A model generated the notes under the pieces. That model had not been told where the DNA came from, made no database searches, and worked only from the letters and a program-made list of their open reading frames with translations. The position numbers were made by a program, and so were the translations under genes. A stretch of 64,000 nucleotides of DNA from the human T2T-CHM13v2.0 reference genome, Homo sapiens. How positions within the stretch are numbered: position 1 is the first letter of the stretch; the number at the start of each line of letters is the position of its first letter. Shown here piece after piece: positions 1-18,094 of this stretch. The stretch is from assembly GCF_009914755.1 (NCBI RefSeq), contig NC_060947.1. One strand, 5' to 3'.

Positions 1-396
1 CAGGAGAATTGCTTGAACCTGGGAGGCGGTGGTTGTAGTGAGCCGAGGTGGTGCCATTGCACTGCAGTCTGGGCAACAAGAATGAAACTCCGTCTCAAAA
101 ACAAAAAACAAAAAGTAAAAAAACCACTGGCACTTTACCTTGATAATCCTCCATAGCTAGACCTTGTAAATAAGAAATTTTGTATTAAAAGTATCAAATA
201 TTTTATGATCACATTCTTTTGGTAACAGTGTTATTCAGAGAAAAATCACGTACCATATAATTCACCCACTTAAAGTGTCTAATTTAGTGTTTTTTAGTAT
301 ATTCACAGAGTTGTACAACCACCACTACCATCAATTTTATTGTCACTTTTAAGTGAAGGATTGTATATCAGGGTAGTTCTTAGGAAGCTAGGGTGG

Positions 397-813
397 ATTT
401 CATATCCCACCTTGTATGTTATTGAAGAAGACAAATTCTTCTCTTCAGTGATGACAGCATTGTGTGTGTGTCTAGTTGTAATCATTTCAGTTACAAATGA
501 AAAGTAGAAGAGGAAAATGTAGAGAATAATGGCATACTGAAGTCTTTGAAGAAGTTTTACCTGTAAGATAAATTGCTTATTTCATATCCCACCTTGTATG
601 TTATTGAAGAAGACAAATTGCTTATTTCATATCCCACTTTGTATGTTACTGAAGAAGACAAATTCTTCTCTTCAGTGATGACAGCATTGTGTGTGTGTCT
701 AGTTGTAATCATTTCAGTTAGGAATGAAAATGTAGAAGAGGAAAATGTAGAGAATAATGGCATACTGAAGTCTTTGAAGAAGTTTTACCTGTAAGATAAA
801 TTGCTTATTTCAT
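397..813. repeat. Complex tandem duplication: 182 bp + 45 bp partial + 183 bp units
   Basis: Units start with atttcatatcccac at 397, 579 and 624; the two long copies differ at only a handful of bases. Confidence 0.95.
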
Positions 814-873
814 GACATTTGAATTATAAACTTTAGCCAAATCTCTTAATATTTTCAATTTTTTTCTTAACAG

Positions 874-986
874 TTTTAACAAAACAGAAATGTGTAAAAA
901 TTTGTGTAAAATCTTACGATCGAGACCAAATGGACAAGCTGGCTTTTTTTGAAGAAAGTAATACGACTGAATTACTAGCATCATTG
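874..986 (+). pseudogene. TM9SF5P: TM9SF pseudo-exon (TM9SF2 exon-4 equivalent, luminal domain)
   Basis: Acceptor tttttcttaacAG (872-873), donor GTaggt (987-992). Reads [36 protein letters not shown] versus TM9SF2 FNKKETCKLVCTKTY...KLEFLKKSMLLNYQHHW. Needs two frameshifts; TAG at 976-978. Confidence 0.85.
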
Positions 987-2151
987 GTAGGTTTGGCATC
1001 TGAAATAACATGACTTGGCTGGGTGAGGTGGCGTGCCACCTCAGCACTTTGGGAGGCCAAGGTGGACAGATTGCTTGAGCTCAGGAGTTTGATACCAGCC
1101 TGGCCAGCGTGGCGAAAACCCATCTCTACTAAAAATACAAAAATTAGCCGAGCATGATGGCAGGCACCTGTAATCCCAGCTACTTGGGAAGCTGAGGCAC
1201 ATGAGAATTGCTTGAACCTGGGAGGCGGAGGTTGCAGTGAGCCGAGATTGCACCACTGCACTCCAGCCTGGGTGAAAGAGTGAGACGCTGTCTCAGAAAA
1301 AAAAAAAAAAATTAACATGACTCAATTAATTTTTCAATTCCTTTCAGAAGTTTTTTGTTTGTTTGTTTTGAGACAGGGTATTGTTCTGTGGCCCAGGCTG
1401 GAGCAAAGTGATGTAATCATAGCTCACTGCATCCTCAAACTCCTGGGCTCAATTGATCCTCTTAGCCTCCTGAGTAGCTAGGACTACAGGCATGTGCCAC
1501 CATGCCTGGTTAAGTTTTGATTTTCTTTTTTGTCTTTTTTTTTTTTTTTTCTTGAGACAGAGTCTAGCTCTGTTGCTCAGGCTGGAGTGCAGTGGCGTGA
1601 TCTAGCACACTCGAAATCTCCACCACCCAGGTTCAAACAATTCTCCTGCCTCAGCCTCCTGAGTAGCTGGGATTACAGGCACCCGCCACCACGCCCAGCT
1701 AATTTTTGTATTTTTAGTAGAGACGGGGTTTCACTGTGTTGCCCAGGCTGGTCTTGAACTCCTGACCTCGTAATCCGCCCGCCTCAGCCTTCCAAAGTGC
1801 TGGGATTACAAGTGTTAGCCACCGTGCCCAGCCTTTGTTTTTTCTTTTTTGCTGTCACCTTATTTTTTTTTTATTATTTTTATTTTCTTTTTGTAGAGAC
1901 AGGGTCTAGCTATGTTGCCCAGGCTGGTCTTGAACTCCTGGCCTCAAGCAGTGCTTCCACCTTGGACTCCCAAAGTGAGTCACCACACCCTGCCAAAAAA
2001 GTATTCTTTATTTTTTATATTTTATTTTATTATTATTTTTTGGATATAGGGTTTCTCTCTGTCACCCAGGCTAGCGTAAAGTGGCACCATCTTGGCTCAC
2101 TGCAACCACCACCTCCCGGGTTCAAGTGATTCTCGTGCCTCAGCCTTCTGA

Positions 2152-2415
<264 letters not shown>

Positions 2416-2434
2416 TAAAAAAATCCGTTATTTA

Positions 2435-2745
<311 letters not shown>

Positions 2746-3327
2746 TTAGAAAGGAAACTATAATACCCTAATTATAGATTTACTCTACTACTTATCTTTT
2801 TTATTCATCTAATTTCAAGTAAATATGTAAAAGGTAAAATTGTTTTTCCATCTACTACCTAAAATCATCTTGTATATCTTCAGTGCTATGTATTTTTCAC
2901 AATGGGAAGCAGTGAGATAAAGAAGTAAAGAAAATGGGAAGAGAAGCAACAAACAACTGCTTAATTGATAGTTCTTTGAAAGCAAGGGTAAACTGGCAGA
3001 AGAAAGGAGTTAATGAACAGGAGAAATGTTCATTAATATGGTCTGTGTTTGAGACCATATATGAAAGTGGGTTCTTAGGGAACATTTAACGACGACATCT
3101 TTCAAGATCAAGTCTGGGAAGAAGAAAGGGACCAATAGGATGAAAAACCCCCAGTTGGCAGGAGTAGCAATAACTTTACCAACATTTGTAGGTTGTCAAC
3201 ATAAAATTACCAAGGTTAAGTAAAAGCTTAAATAAGGCCGGGTGCAGTGGCTCACGCCTGTAATCACAACTTTGGGAGGCCAGGGCAGGTGGATCACAAG
3301 GTCAGGAGTTCGAGATCATCCTGGCTA

Positions 3328-3552
<225 letters not shown>

Positions 3553-3617
3553 TTAAATAAAACCAGCAGCTACTTTTTGCTATTTCTTTTATATAGTGAT
3601 ACTCTTTCTTGTGAATT

Positions 3618-3912
3618 TCCTCTTCCTCTTCCTCCTCTCCTTCTCCTCCTCCTCCTCCCCCTCCTCCTTCTTCTTATTCTTCCTCTTCCTCCTCTTCCTC
3701 TTCCTCCTCTTCCTCTTCTTCCTCTTCCTCCTCTTCCTCTTCTTCCTCTTCCCCTTCCTCTTCTCCTTCTCCTCCTCCTCCTTCTCCTCTTCCTCCTTAT
3801 TCTTCCTCTTCCTCTTCTTCCTCTTCCTCCTCTTCCTCCTCTACCTCCTCTACCTCTTCTTCCTCTTCCCCCTCCTCTTCTCCTTCTCCTCCTCCTCCTT
3901 CTTCTTCTTTCT
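3618..3912. repeat. (CCT/CTT)n polypyrimidine low-complexity tract at the tail end of a minus-strand Alu
   Basis: About 295 bp of almost pure C/T, abutting the Alu at 3913-4181; explains ORFs 3463..4008 and 3596..3946. Confidence 0.95.
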
Positions 3913-3932
3913 CACTTTGTCACCCAGGCTGA

Positions 3933-4118
<186 letters not shown>

Positions 4119-4209
4119 TGATCTGCCCGCCTCAGCCTCCCAAAGTGCTGGGATTACAGGTGTGCACCACTGCTCCCAGCCTATTTTTATTTTAAAGATA
4201 TTTATTTTA

Positions 4210-4606
<397 letters not shown>

Positions 4607-4644
4607 TTATAGTGCCATTGATCATATCAGTGGGAATAATTATA

Positions 4645-6900
<2,256 letters not shown>

Positions 6901-7528
6901 CTGTGAGTGTGTTTAGATGAGAGAGCTCTTGGCAAGGCTCAGTTGGTGGAGTCCCACTGTGACCCTCAGCTGACTATGTTGTGTTAGTAAGACAGTGTGT
7001 ATAGAACAATAACTATGGTTAAGTGAAACCTCTGCTTGTTTTTCTTTTTGTTTTTTGTTTGAGAGGGAACCTCACTCTGTCACCCAGGCTGGAGGGCAGT
7101 GGTGTGATCTTGGCTCACTGCAGCCTCTGCCTCCAGGGTTCAGGCAATTTTCCTGCCTCAGGCTTCCTCAGGCGTAGCTGGGATTACAGGCACGCACCAC
7201 CTAGCCCCGGTTAATTTTTGTATTTTTTTAGTAGAGATGTGGTTACACCATGTTGGCTAGGCTGGTCTTAAACTCCTGACCTCGAGTGATCTGCCTGCTT
7301 TGGCCTCCCAAAATGCTGGGAATACAGGCGTGAGGCACCGCACCCGACCTTCTGCTTATTTTTCTATATTGATCATGTACCACTTTAGCTTATGGAATTG
7401 TGGCAATACAATTTCAGTTTGTACATCTACTTTGATTTGCTGTTTCTGCATTCTTGTTTTAGCACTGTATTAGAGGTAGTTTTTTCAAAATTCATGCCAA
7501 CATAAATAGCTTCATCCCCAGGAGATGA

Positions 7529-7735
<207 letters not shown>

Positions 7736-7993
7736 TAGTAGAGACGGGGTTTCACTGTGTTAGCCAGGATGATCTTGATCTCCTGACCTCGTGATCCGCC
7801 CGCCTCGGCCTCCCAAAGTGCTGGGATTACAGGCGTGAGCCACCGCACCCGGCCTCTCCTGTCACTTTTAAAAAAGTTACTCCTCATATCTATTGGCTGA
7901 GGAGATGGAAGTGTTTCTGGGGATTTGAGATGCTAAGATGATGATGTTTTAGGCCCACGGCCATGGCACCTACTTTTGTTCTATTCAGCCTAC

Positions 7994-9501
7994 TGAGAGG
8001 TGACAGTGTGCTGGCAGCCCTCACAGCCCTCCCTCGCTCTCAGCGCTTCCTCTGCCTGGGCTCCCACTTTGGCGGCACTTGAGGAGCCCTTCAACCCGCT
8101 GCTGCACTGTGGGAGCCCCTTCCTGCGCTGGCTGAGGCAGGAGCTGGCTCCCTCAGCTTGCGGGGAGGTGTGGAGGAGAGGCGCGGGCAGGAACAGCAGC
8201 AGTGTGACTTCCGGGTGGGCGTGGGCTCGGTGGGCTGCACACTCAGAGCGGCCAGCTGGCTCCGCCGGCCCGGGGCAGTGAGGGGCTTAGCACCTGGGCC
8301 AGCAGCTGCTGTGCTTGACTTCTCGCCGGGCCTTAGCTGCCTCCCTGTGGGGCAGGGCTCGGGACCTGCAGCCCGCCATGCCTGAGCCTCCCCCCGCCAT
8401 GGGCTCCTGCACTGCCGGAGCCTCCCCGACGAGCGCCGCCCCCTGCTCCATGGCACCCAGTCCCATCGACCACCCAAGGGCTGAGGAGTGCGAGTGCACG
8501 GCGTGGGACTGGCAGGCAGCTCCACCTGCGGCCCCGGTGCAGGATCCACGGGGTGAAGCCAGCTGGGCTCCTGAGTCTGGCGAGGACTTGGAGAACCTTT
8601 ATGTCTAGCTAAGGGATTGTAAATACACCAATTGGCACTCTGTATCTAGCTCAAGGTTTGTTAAACACACCAATCAGCACCCTGTGTCTAGCTCAGGGTT
8701 TGTGAATGCACCAATGGACACTCTGTATCTAGCTACTCTGGTGGGGACTTGGAGAACCTTTATGTCTAGCTAAGGGATTGTAAATACACCAATTGGCACT
8801 CTGTATCTAGCTCAAGGTTTTTAAACACACCAATCAGCACCCCGTGTCTAGCTCAGGGTTTGTGAATGCACCAATCGACACTCCGTATCTAGCTAATCTA
8901 GTGGGGACGTGGAGAACTTTTGAGTCTACCTCAGGGATTATAGATGCACCAATCAACACCCTGTCAAAACGGACCAATCAGCGCTCTGTAAAACAGACCA
9001 ATCAGCTCTCAGTAAAATGGACCAATCAGCAGGATGTGGGTGGGGCCAGATAAGGGAATAAAAGCAGGCTGCCGGACCCAGCAGTGGCAAGGCGCTTCGG
9101 TTGTCTTCCATGATGTGGACGCTTTGTTCTTTTGCTCTTTGCAATAAATCTTCCTGTTGCTTTCTTTGGGTCCACACTGCCTTTATGAGCTGTAACACTC
9201 ACCGTGAAGGTCTGAAGCTTTACTCTGGAAGCCAGTGAGACCAGGAACCCACCGGGAGGAATGAACGACTCCAGACACACCGCCTTAAGATCTGTGACAC
9301 TCACCGCGAAGGTCTGCAGCTTCATTCCTGATCCAGCGAGACCATGAACCCACCAGAAGGAAAAAACTCCGGACACATCCGAACGTCTAGAAGAAACAAA
9401 CTCCAGACACACCGCCTGTAAGAACTGTAACGGTCACCGCGAGGGTCCGCGGTTTCATTCTTGAAGTCAGTGAGACCAAGAACCCACCATTTCTGGACAC
9501 A
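7994..9501 (+). mobile_element. Solo ERV9 LTR (LTR12C-like), 1508 bp
   Basis: Starts TGAGAGGTGACAG and ends GAACCCACCATTTCTGGACACA. 4-bp TSD CTAC (7990-7993 / 9502-9505), GC-rich 5' U3, tandem ACCAAT/TCTAGCT enhancer repeats, U5 tandem repeats. Confidence 0.97.
8585..9065 (+). promoter_or_regulatory. LTR12 enhancer/promoter: array of CCAAT (NF-Y) boxes, GATA site and AATAAAA TATA-like box
   Basis: About ten ACCAAT motifs at roughly 25-40 bp spacing, then gccaGATAagggAATAAAAgcagg at about 9045-9068. This is the established ERV9 LTR promoter layout; activity is not shown by the sequence. Confidence 0.8.
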
Positions 9502-12500
9502 CTACCATGCCAGAGATCCAGGTAGGTCTCTGGATCTTTGAGACCCCCACCTCACACCTCCTTATTATGAAACATTATGGTTTTTACAATTACAAAAGTA
9601 GTATAGGCTTGTGAAAACCTCCTACAAAACTCTTTATTTGGTATAGAGTTCCAAGAGTCTCCTCGTAATCCTCTCCAATTTTAATAAATTTTTTTTATGT
9701 ATACTGTGTATAACTTCATGTGAGATTTTATATATGTATGTATGTGATCTTTTATGTCTTTACTGAGAAGTTTATGATGGACTTCTTTCCATGTTCATAT
9801 ATATATAATACATATTTTATATCTATATCTATATTTGTTATTTATTTATTTTTTTGGAGACAGAGTCTTGTTCTGTTGCCCAGGCTGGAATGCGAGTGGT
9901 GTGATCTTGGCTCACTTGCAACCTCTGCCTCCGGGGTTCAAGTGATTCTCGTGCCTCAGCCTACCAAGTAGCTGGGATTACAGGCATGTGCCACCACACC
10001 CGGCTAATTTTTGTATCTTTAGTAGAGACAGGATTTTGCCATGTTGGCCAGGCTGGTCTCGAACTTCCGACTTCAAGTGATCCACCTGCTTCGGCCTCCC
10101 TAAGTGCTGAGATTGTAGGCGTGAGCCACTGTGCCTGACCCATATTTTTTATTAATAATGATGTGGTCAACATTCTTTCACCTCTTTAGTCTCATCTGTA
10201 AAATGGAAATAATCAGTGTTCTTTCACCTCTTTAGTCTCATCTGTAAAATGGAAATAATCATAGCGTATACTATAAAAATTAGCTGGGCGTGGTGGTGCG
10301 TGCCTGTAGTCCCAGCTACTCGGGAGGCTGAGGCCTCCAAAGTTGCAGTGAGCCAAGATTGCGCCACTGCATTCTAGCCTGGCAACAGAGTGAGACTCCG
10401 TCTCTAAAAAAGAATCGTGTGTACTGTAATACACAGGGTTGTTACAAGGATAAATAGGATAATACTTGTAAAGTGCTAGAGCAGTGTTTAATACATAGTA
10501 GGCACTCAATAAATGACAGCTATTGTTGTACAGCCATCTATGTAGTCTTAATTATTTAGGATAATTACTAATTATTTGCTGGGTCAAAGGATACGGACTT
10601 TGTAGAGGTGGGGTCTTACAACGTTGTTCAGGCTGGTCTCCAACTCCTGGGCTTAAACGATTCTCTACTGATAATTACTTTAGGATAATTAGTAATTAAT
10701 AATTATCCTAAAGTGGTTGCTGGGTCAAAGGATACGGACTTTTAAAAAAACAACCCTTTTGTTGTAAAATACAGACAGAAAGCCACAGAGAACAGAAATA
10801 GCATTTAATGAATAATTACAAGGGGGACACCTTCGTAAACCACAACAGGGCCAAGAATAGAATTTGGCCAGGTACCTCAGAAGGATTCCATGTGTCCCTG
10901 CCCATTTACAACATGCTGCTTTCTCCCAAAGTAACCACTATTGTAACTTTTATACTAATCACTTCCTTGAGTTTCTTTTGTAGTTTCACCACCTAAATAT
11001 ACTTCCCTAGACACTATATTTTATTTTTATATTTGAGATGGAGTCTTGCTCTGTTGCCCAGGCTGGAGTGCAGTGGCGCGATCTCGGTTCATGCAACTTC
11101 CACCTTCTGGGTTCAAGTGATTCTCCTGCCTCAGACTCCCAAATAGCTGGGATTACAGGCGCACACCACCGTGCCTGGCTGATTTTCATATTTTTAGTAG
11201 AGATGGAGTTTTACCAGGTTGGCCAGGCTGCTCTTGAACTCCTGACCTCAGATGATCTGCCCACCTTGGCCTCTCAAAGTGCTGGGAATACAGGTGTGAG
11301 CCACCACGCCTAGCCACAGTATAGTTTAAACTTGACTTTTTATATGTCTTTTGTCAACATTTTACTATGAGCATTTTCAAACAGAAAACTTGGGTGGGCC
11401 AGGCGCAGTGGCTCACGCCTATAATCGCAGCACTTTGGGAGGCTAAGGTGGGAGGATCGTTTGTGCCCAGGAGTTGGAGATCAGCCAGGGCAATATTGCA
11501 AGACCCCATCTCTCCAAAAAGTTTTTAAAAATTGGTGCATGGTGGCATGCATCCGTAGTCCCAGCTACTCAGGAGGCTGAGGTGGGAGGATCGCTTGAGC
11601 CCAGGAGGCTGAGGCTACAGTGAGCTGTGATAGCACAACTGCACCCCAGTCTGGGTGATAGAGTGATACCCTGTCTCAAAAAAAAAAAAAAAAAAAATAG
11701 AATTATATAGTGGACACTCATCTATCCAACATTTATATTCTGCAATTACCATTTTGCTCTATTTGATTTATCACATATCTGTCCATCCCTGTATCATTCA
11801 ATCCAATCCATTGTGCATGTTCCTGTGTCCTATATTTCCTGCAAATTGGCAGCTGGATCCAGTGGCTTGATCAGATTCAGGTTTGGCTTCTTTGAGAAGG
11901 TGAGGTGGCAGTTGTGTTCTTTCATCAGGAGGCACATGATTTTTTTTGTCTCTCTTTTTTGTTGTGATACCTGGGTTCATTCATTCATTAGGGGCTGCAG
12001 CATGCTGAAAGAAAACAGAAGCCTGTGGAGTGAGCCAAGATCAACCAGGAAATAAACCCTTTCCCTTGCGATGTCTCTCCAGCGCCCTCTACTGACAAAC
12101 CTGCTTTAGTGCCAGTTTGTAGAGGTAAACTATTTAAAGGGTCTGAATTATTTTCATGGGGGGCAAAACTCATGAATTTGGAGCTGAGAGGCAATATATC
12201 AATAACAGACACACCTTACACGCATGTACGGACCAGATAAGGAAAACTCTACATATTTCCAGAAACTTATCTGTGTGCAGCTCTGTTCTCTCTGGTCCTC
12301 TGCTCCATGAATTCTAGTGCCTTTGGCCTCCCTGGACTTTGAACTTTGTTTTCTCAACCCTAGGAGACTGCAGGGCTGTGCATGGATACCTTTTCCCTGT
12401 GTCACAGCCTGGAAATTTTATCTAGGAAGTAAGCTGGAGGCAATAGTAGGGCTTATCTTATTTGTTCCCCTTCCCTAGGTGATCACTCTTATATTTCTTG

Positions 12501-12680
12501 TCCAATGTTTGGAAACTGTTGCTTTACATATTTTACTCATTTTTAAAGTTGTGTAAGTAGGAGGGTAAATCTGGTCTTTGTTATTCTACCATGTCTTGGG
12601 CCAAGAAGGAAGTCCCACCTCCTTATTTTCTTTTTTAAGAAACATATTTTTATTTATTTATTTATTTATTTATTTATTGA

Positions 12681-13037
<357 letters not shown>

Positions 13038-13102
13038 TGATATATGCTTGCATTGTGGAATGACTGAATCAGGCCACCTTTTTTTTTTTTTTTTTTTTTT
13101 GA

Positions 13103-13207
<105 letters not shown>

Positions 13208-13365
13208 TGAGTAGCTGGAATTACAGACATGTGCCACCATGCTTGGCTTATTTTGTATTTTTAGTAGAGACGGGTTTGTCCACGTTGGTCAGGTTGGTCT
13301 TGAACTCTTGACCTCAGGTGATCTGCCTGCCTCTGCCTCCCAAAGTGTTGGGATTATAGGCGTGA

Positions 13366-13719
<354 letters not shown>

Positions 13720-13912
13720 TGATCCACCCGCCTCGGCCTCCCAAAGTGCTGGGATTACAGGCGTGAGCCACCACACTCAGCCTATGTCTACACTTTTTAT
13801 TTATTTTTTAATTTTACTATTATTTTTTGACAGAGTCTCGCTTTGTTGCCCAGGCTGGAGTGCAGTGGCACAATCTTGGCTCACTGCAACCTCCACCTCT
13901 GGATTCAAGTGA

Positions 13913-14134
<222 letters not shown>

Positions 14135-14622
14135 TAGATGGTCTCATGCAGTTTCATTATGTGTTTAGTTATGGATTTGTTTTCTTTTTTGCTTTTAATC
14201 CTGTTTGTAATTCCTTGGGTTTCCTTTATTACTGTCTTCTATCAGTTCTGGAATTCTCAGCCATTGCCAGATATTTTCTTCTTTCCTTTTGAGACTCCAT
14301 TTAAAGCTATGTTAAATGCTCCTTATTTTCTGCCCCATATATAACTTCTCTTCTATGTTTTCCTTTTTTTTCTTTGTGTTATGTTTTCCTGGCCTATCAT
14401 CCAGTCTGTAAATTCTCTCTTCACCTGTTTCTTATTTTCTGCTTTTGTTTTTTTTTGAGACAGAGTCTTGCTCTGTCGCCTGGGCTGGAGTGCAGTGGTG
14501 CCATCCTGGCTCACTGCAACCTCCACCTCCTAGGTTCAAGCGATTCTCCTGCCTCAGCCTCCTGAGTAGCTGAGACTACAGGTGCCCACCACCACGGCCA
14601 GCTAATTTTTGTATTTTAGTAG

Positions 14623-14826
<204 letters not shown>

Positions 14827-16149
14827 TGATAATTGCTGTATCTGAAATCTTTGCAGGTTTTTTCTAGTTCTTGCTCATGATGTCATTTTTCCTTTTGTGC
14901 CTCATTATTTTGAGTACATACTCATTGTCCTTGAAAATCATTTGTGGGGTTTCTTTAAGTTGTAGGGTCAAAGTACATTGCTCCAGAGAGGACTTTCGTT
15001 GACTTCTCCAAAGTGTCTTTGGGGATTACCAGTCTGGGACCATCTTAAAACAAATTCACAACTTGAAATTCCTGGGCTACCTAGGTGATATGAATCCAGC
15101 CTGTAAATTTGTTACAGGCGGTCTCTGGCCAAAACTTTTCTTTTTTTTTTTTTTTTGAGACAGACTCTCTGTCACCCAGGCTGGAGTGCAGTGGGGTGAT
15201 CTTCGCTCACTGCGACTTCTGCCTCCTAGGTTCCATTGATTCTCTTGCATCACCCTCCCAAGTAGCTGGGACTACAGGCACACGCCACCACGCCTGGCTA
15301 ATTTTAGTGATGGGGTTTCACCATGTTGGCCGGGCTGGTCTCGAACTCCTGACCTCAAGTGATCTACCTGCCTCGACCTCCCAAAGTGCTAGGATTACAG
15401 GTATGAGCCACAGCACCTGGCCTGGCGAAAATTTTTCAAGGCCAGTTTTATTCCTCCACCTGTTCCCGGCCACCCCCTTGTTTGTTTAGTATCAGGGCAG
15501 TCTTCCTAAGTTTGTTGGAGGCATGGAGCAGGTTTACTTCTGGCTCACCTTTACCTTGAGGGTGTGGCCTTTTGGGGGAGGTGGGTGGTCTCAGCTTCAC
15601 GTACAGAGGGTCTCATACTAGCCTTTTCATCTGGGAGGGCCCTGGGCCCTGAGTTCTTTCCTCCTCAACCCATGAGGCCACCAAAACTGAGGTCCACGTT
15701 TGTCCTGATCAGCAGTTATCCTCAGGGCAATAGCAGCATCAGTGCTCCCTACCAAGCTTACCTCACTGGTCTGCTTTCCTTTAGAAATTTGCATGGTAGT
15801 TCCTTATTTTCTTGTCAGCTGATGTTGCTTTTAGGGAGATATGTGCTGCATTTTATTTAGCACTTGTAGTTTTCAGCAGGAGATTTGGCCCAAATAAGAT
15901 TGAAATTGGAAATCTAGTTAAATTTTAAAGCACACACCTACTATAGGAGGAAGGAAATTAACATTTATTTACTCTCTTATTCTGTACTAGGAGCTGTGTT
16001 GGGTCTTCTCATATCATACAGCCAAAAAAAACGTAAGGTCGAGAAAGATTAATTGACATACAAAAGATTGCATGTGGCAACTTTTCAATTCCAGCCCAAT
16101 ATTTTGTTTTTGTTTGATACAGGATCTCACTCTGTCACCCAGGCTATAG

Positions 16150-16628
<479 letters not shown>

Positions 16629-17063
16629 TGATCCGCCTGCCTCAGCCTCCAAAAGTGCTGGGATTACAGGCGTGAGCCACTGTGCCCGGCCTCTTTTCTT
16701 TTTTCTTTTCTTTCTTTTCTTTCACTTACTTTTCTCAAGACAGGGTCTCACCCTGTCACCCAGGCTGGAGTGCAGTGGTGGGATCTCGGTTCACTGCAAC
16801 CTCCTCCTGGGCTTAAATGATCCTCCCATCTCAGCCTCCTGAGTAGCTGGGACTACAGGCGTGTACCACCACGCCTGGTTCTGTTTGCTTTCTACTATAG
16901 CAAACTATGTCTTGTATTTTTTGAGTACCTACAGGGTCTCAGCTTTGAGGATACAGTTAAGAAGTGCCTGACGTGTATGGTAGATCAAAAATATTTGTTG
17001 GGCTGGGTGCAGTGGTTCACGCCTGTAATCCCAGCACTTTGGGAGGCCATGGTGGGTGGATCA

Positions 17064-17525
<462 letters not shown>

Positions 17526-17587
17526 TTAAAAAATATATAAATATATATATAAATATAGAATGAGTAAAAGTGAGTGAATGAATGACT

Positions 17588-18068
17588 TGTAGCATGAAGA
17601 GCTGCAGACAAAACTCCTCAGACACCAGATTAAAGAAGGAAGAGGTTTATTCGGCTGGGAGTGTCGGCAGATTTGCATCTTAAGAGCTGAGCTCCCTGAA
17701 AAAGAAATTCTTGGCCTTTTTAAAGGCTTACACAACTCTAAGGGGTCCACGTGAAAAGGTCATGATAAATTGGGCAAGCATGGGGAACGTGACTGGGGGC
17801 TACATGCATCAGCTAACAGAACAGAAAGTTTTGCAATGCTTTTTCATACAATGTCTGGAATTTACAGATAACACAAGTAGTTTAGGTCAGGGATTGTTAT
17901 TATTATTACTTTTTTAACTTCTAGGGCCGCGGTGGTGGTGCCAAGGTTGTCTGGCTGTTTATCTTTTGTTTCTTTCCAACTTTTTGCTTTCTCTCTTTTC
18001 TCCTGTTTTGTGAACTAGGCAAGGTGGGGGGAGGAGGGCAGCAGGAATAGTAGTGGTCTCCTTCCTTA
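17588..18068 (-). mobile_element. 3' LTR (LTR2B)
   Basis: Direct repeat of 22914-23397 (about 92% by eye), preceded on the minus strand by the PPT AAAGAGGGGGA. Confidence 0.92.
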
Positions 18069-18094
18069 TCCCCCTCTTTGAGAATTTCACTAAT

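Noticed and set aside
8000-8608. CpG-island-like region with several overlapping ORFs
   Set aside because: It is the GC-rich U3 of LTR12C, not a host promoter or CDS.
8585-9480. Regularly spaced repeats resembling a CRISPR array
   Set aside because: Intrinsic LTR12 U3/U5 tandem repeats in eukaryotic DNA; no unique spacers and no cas genes.
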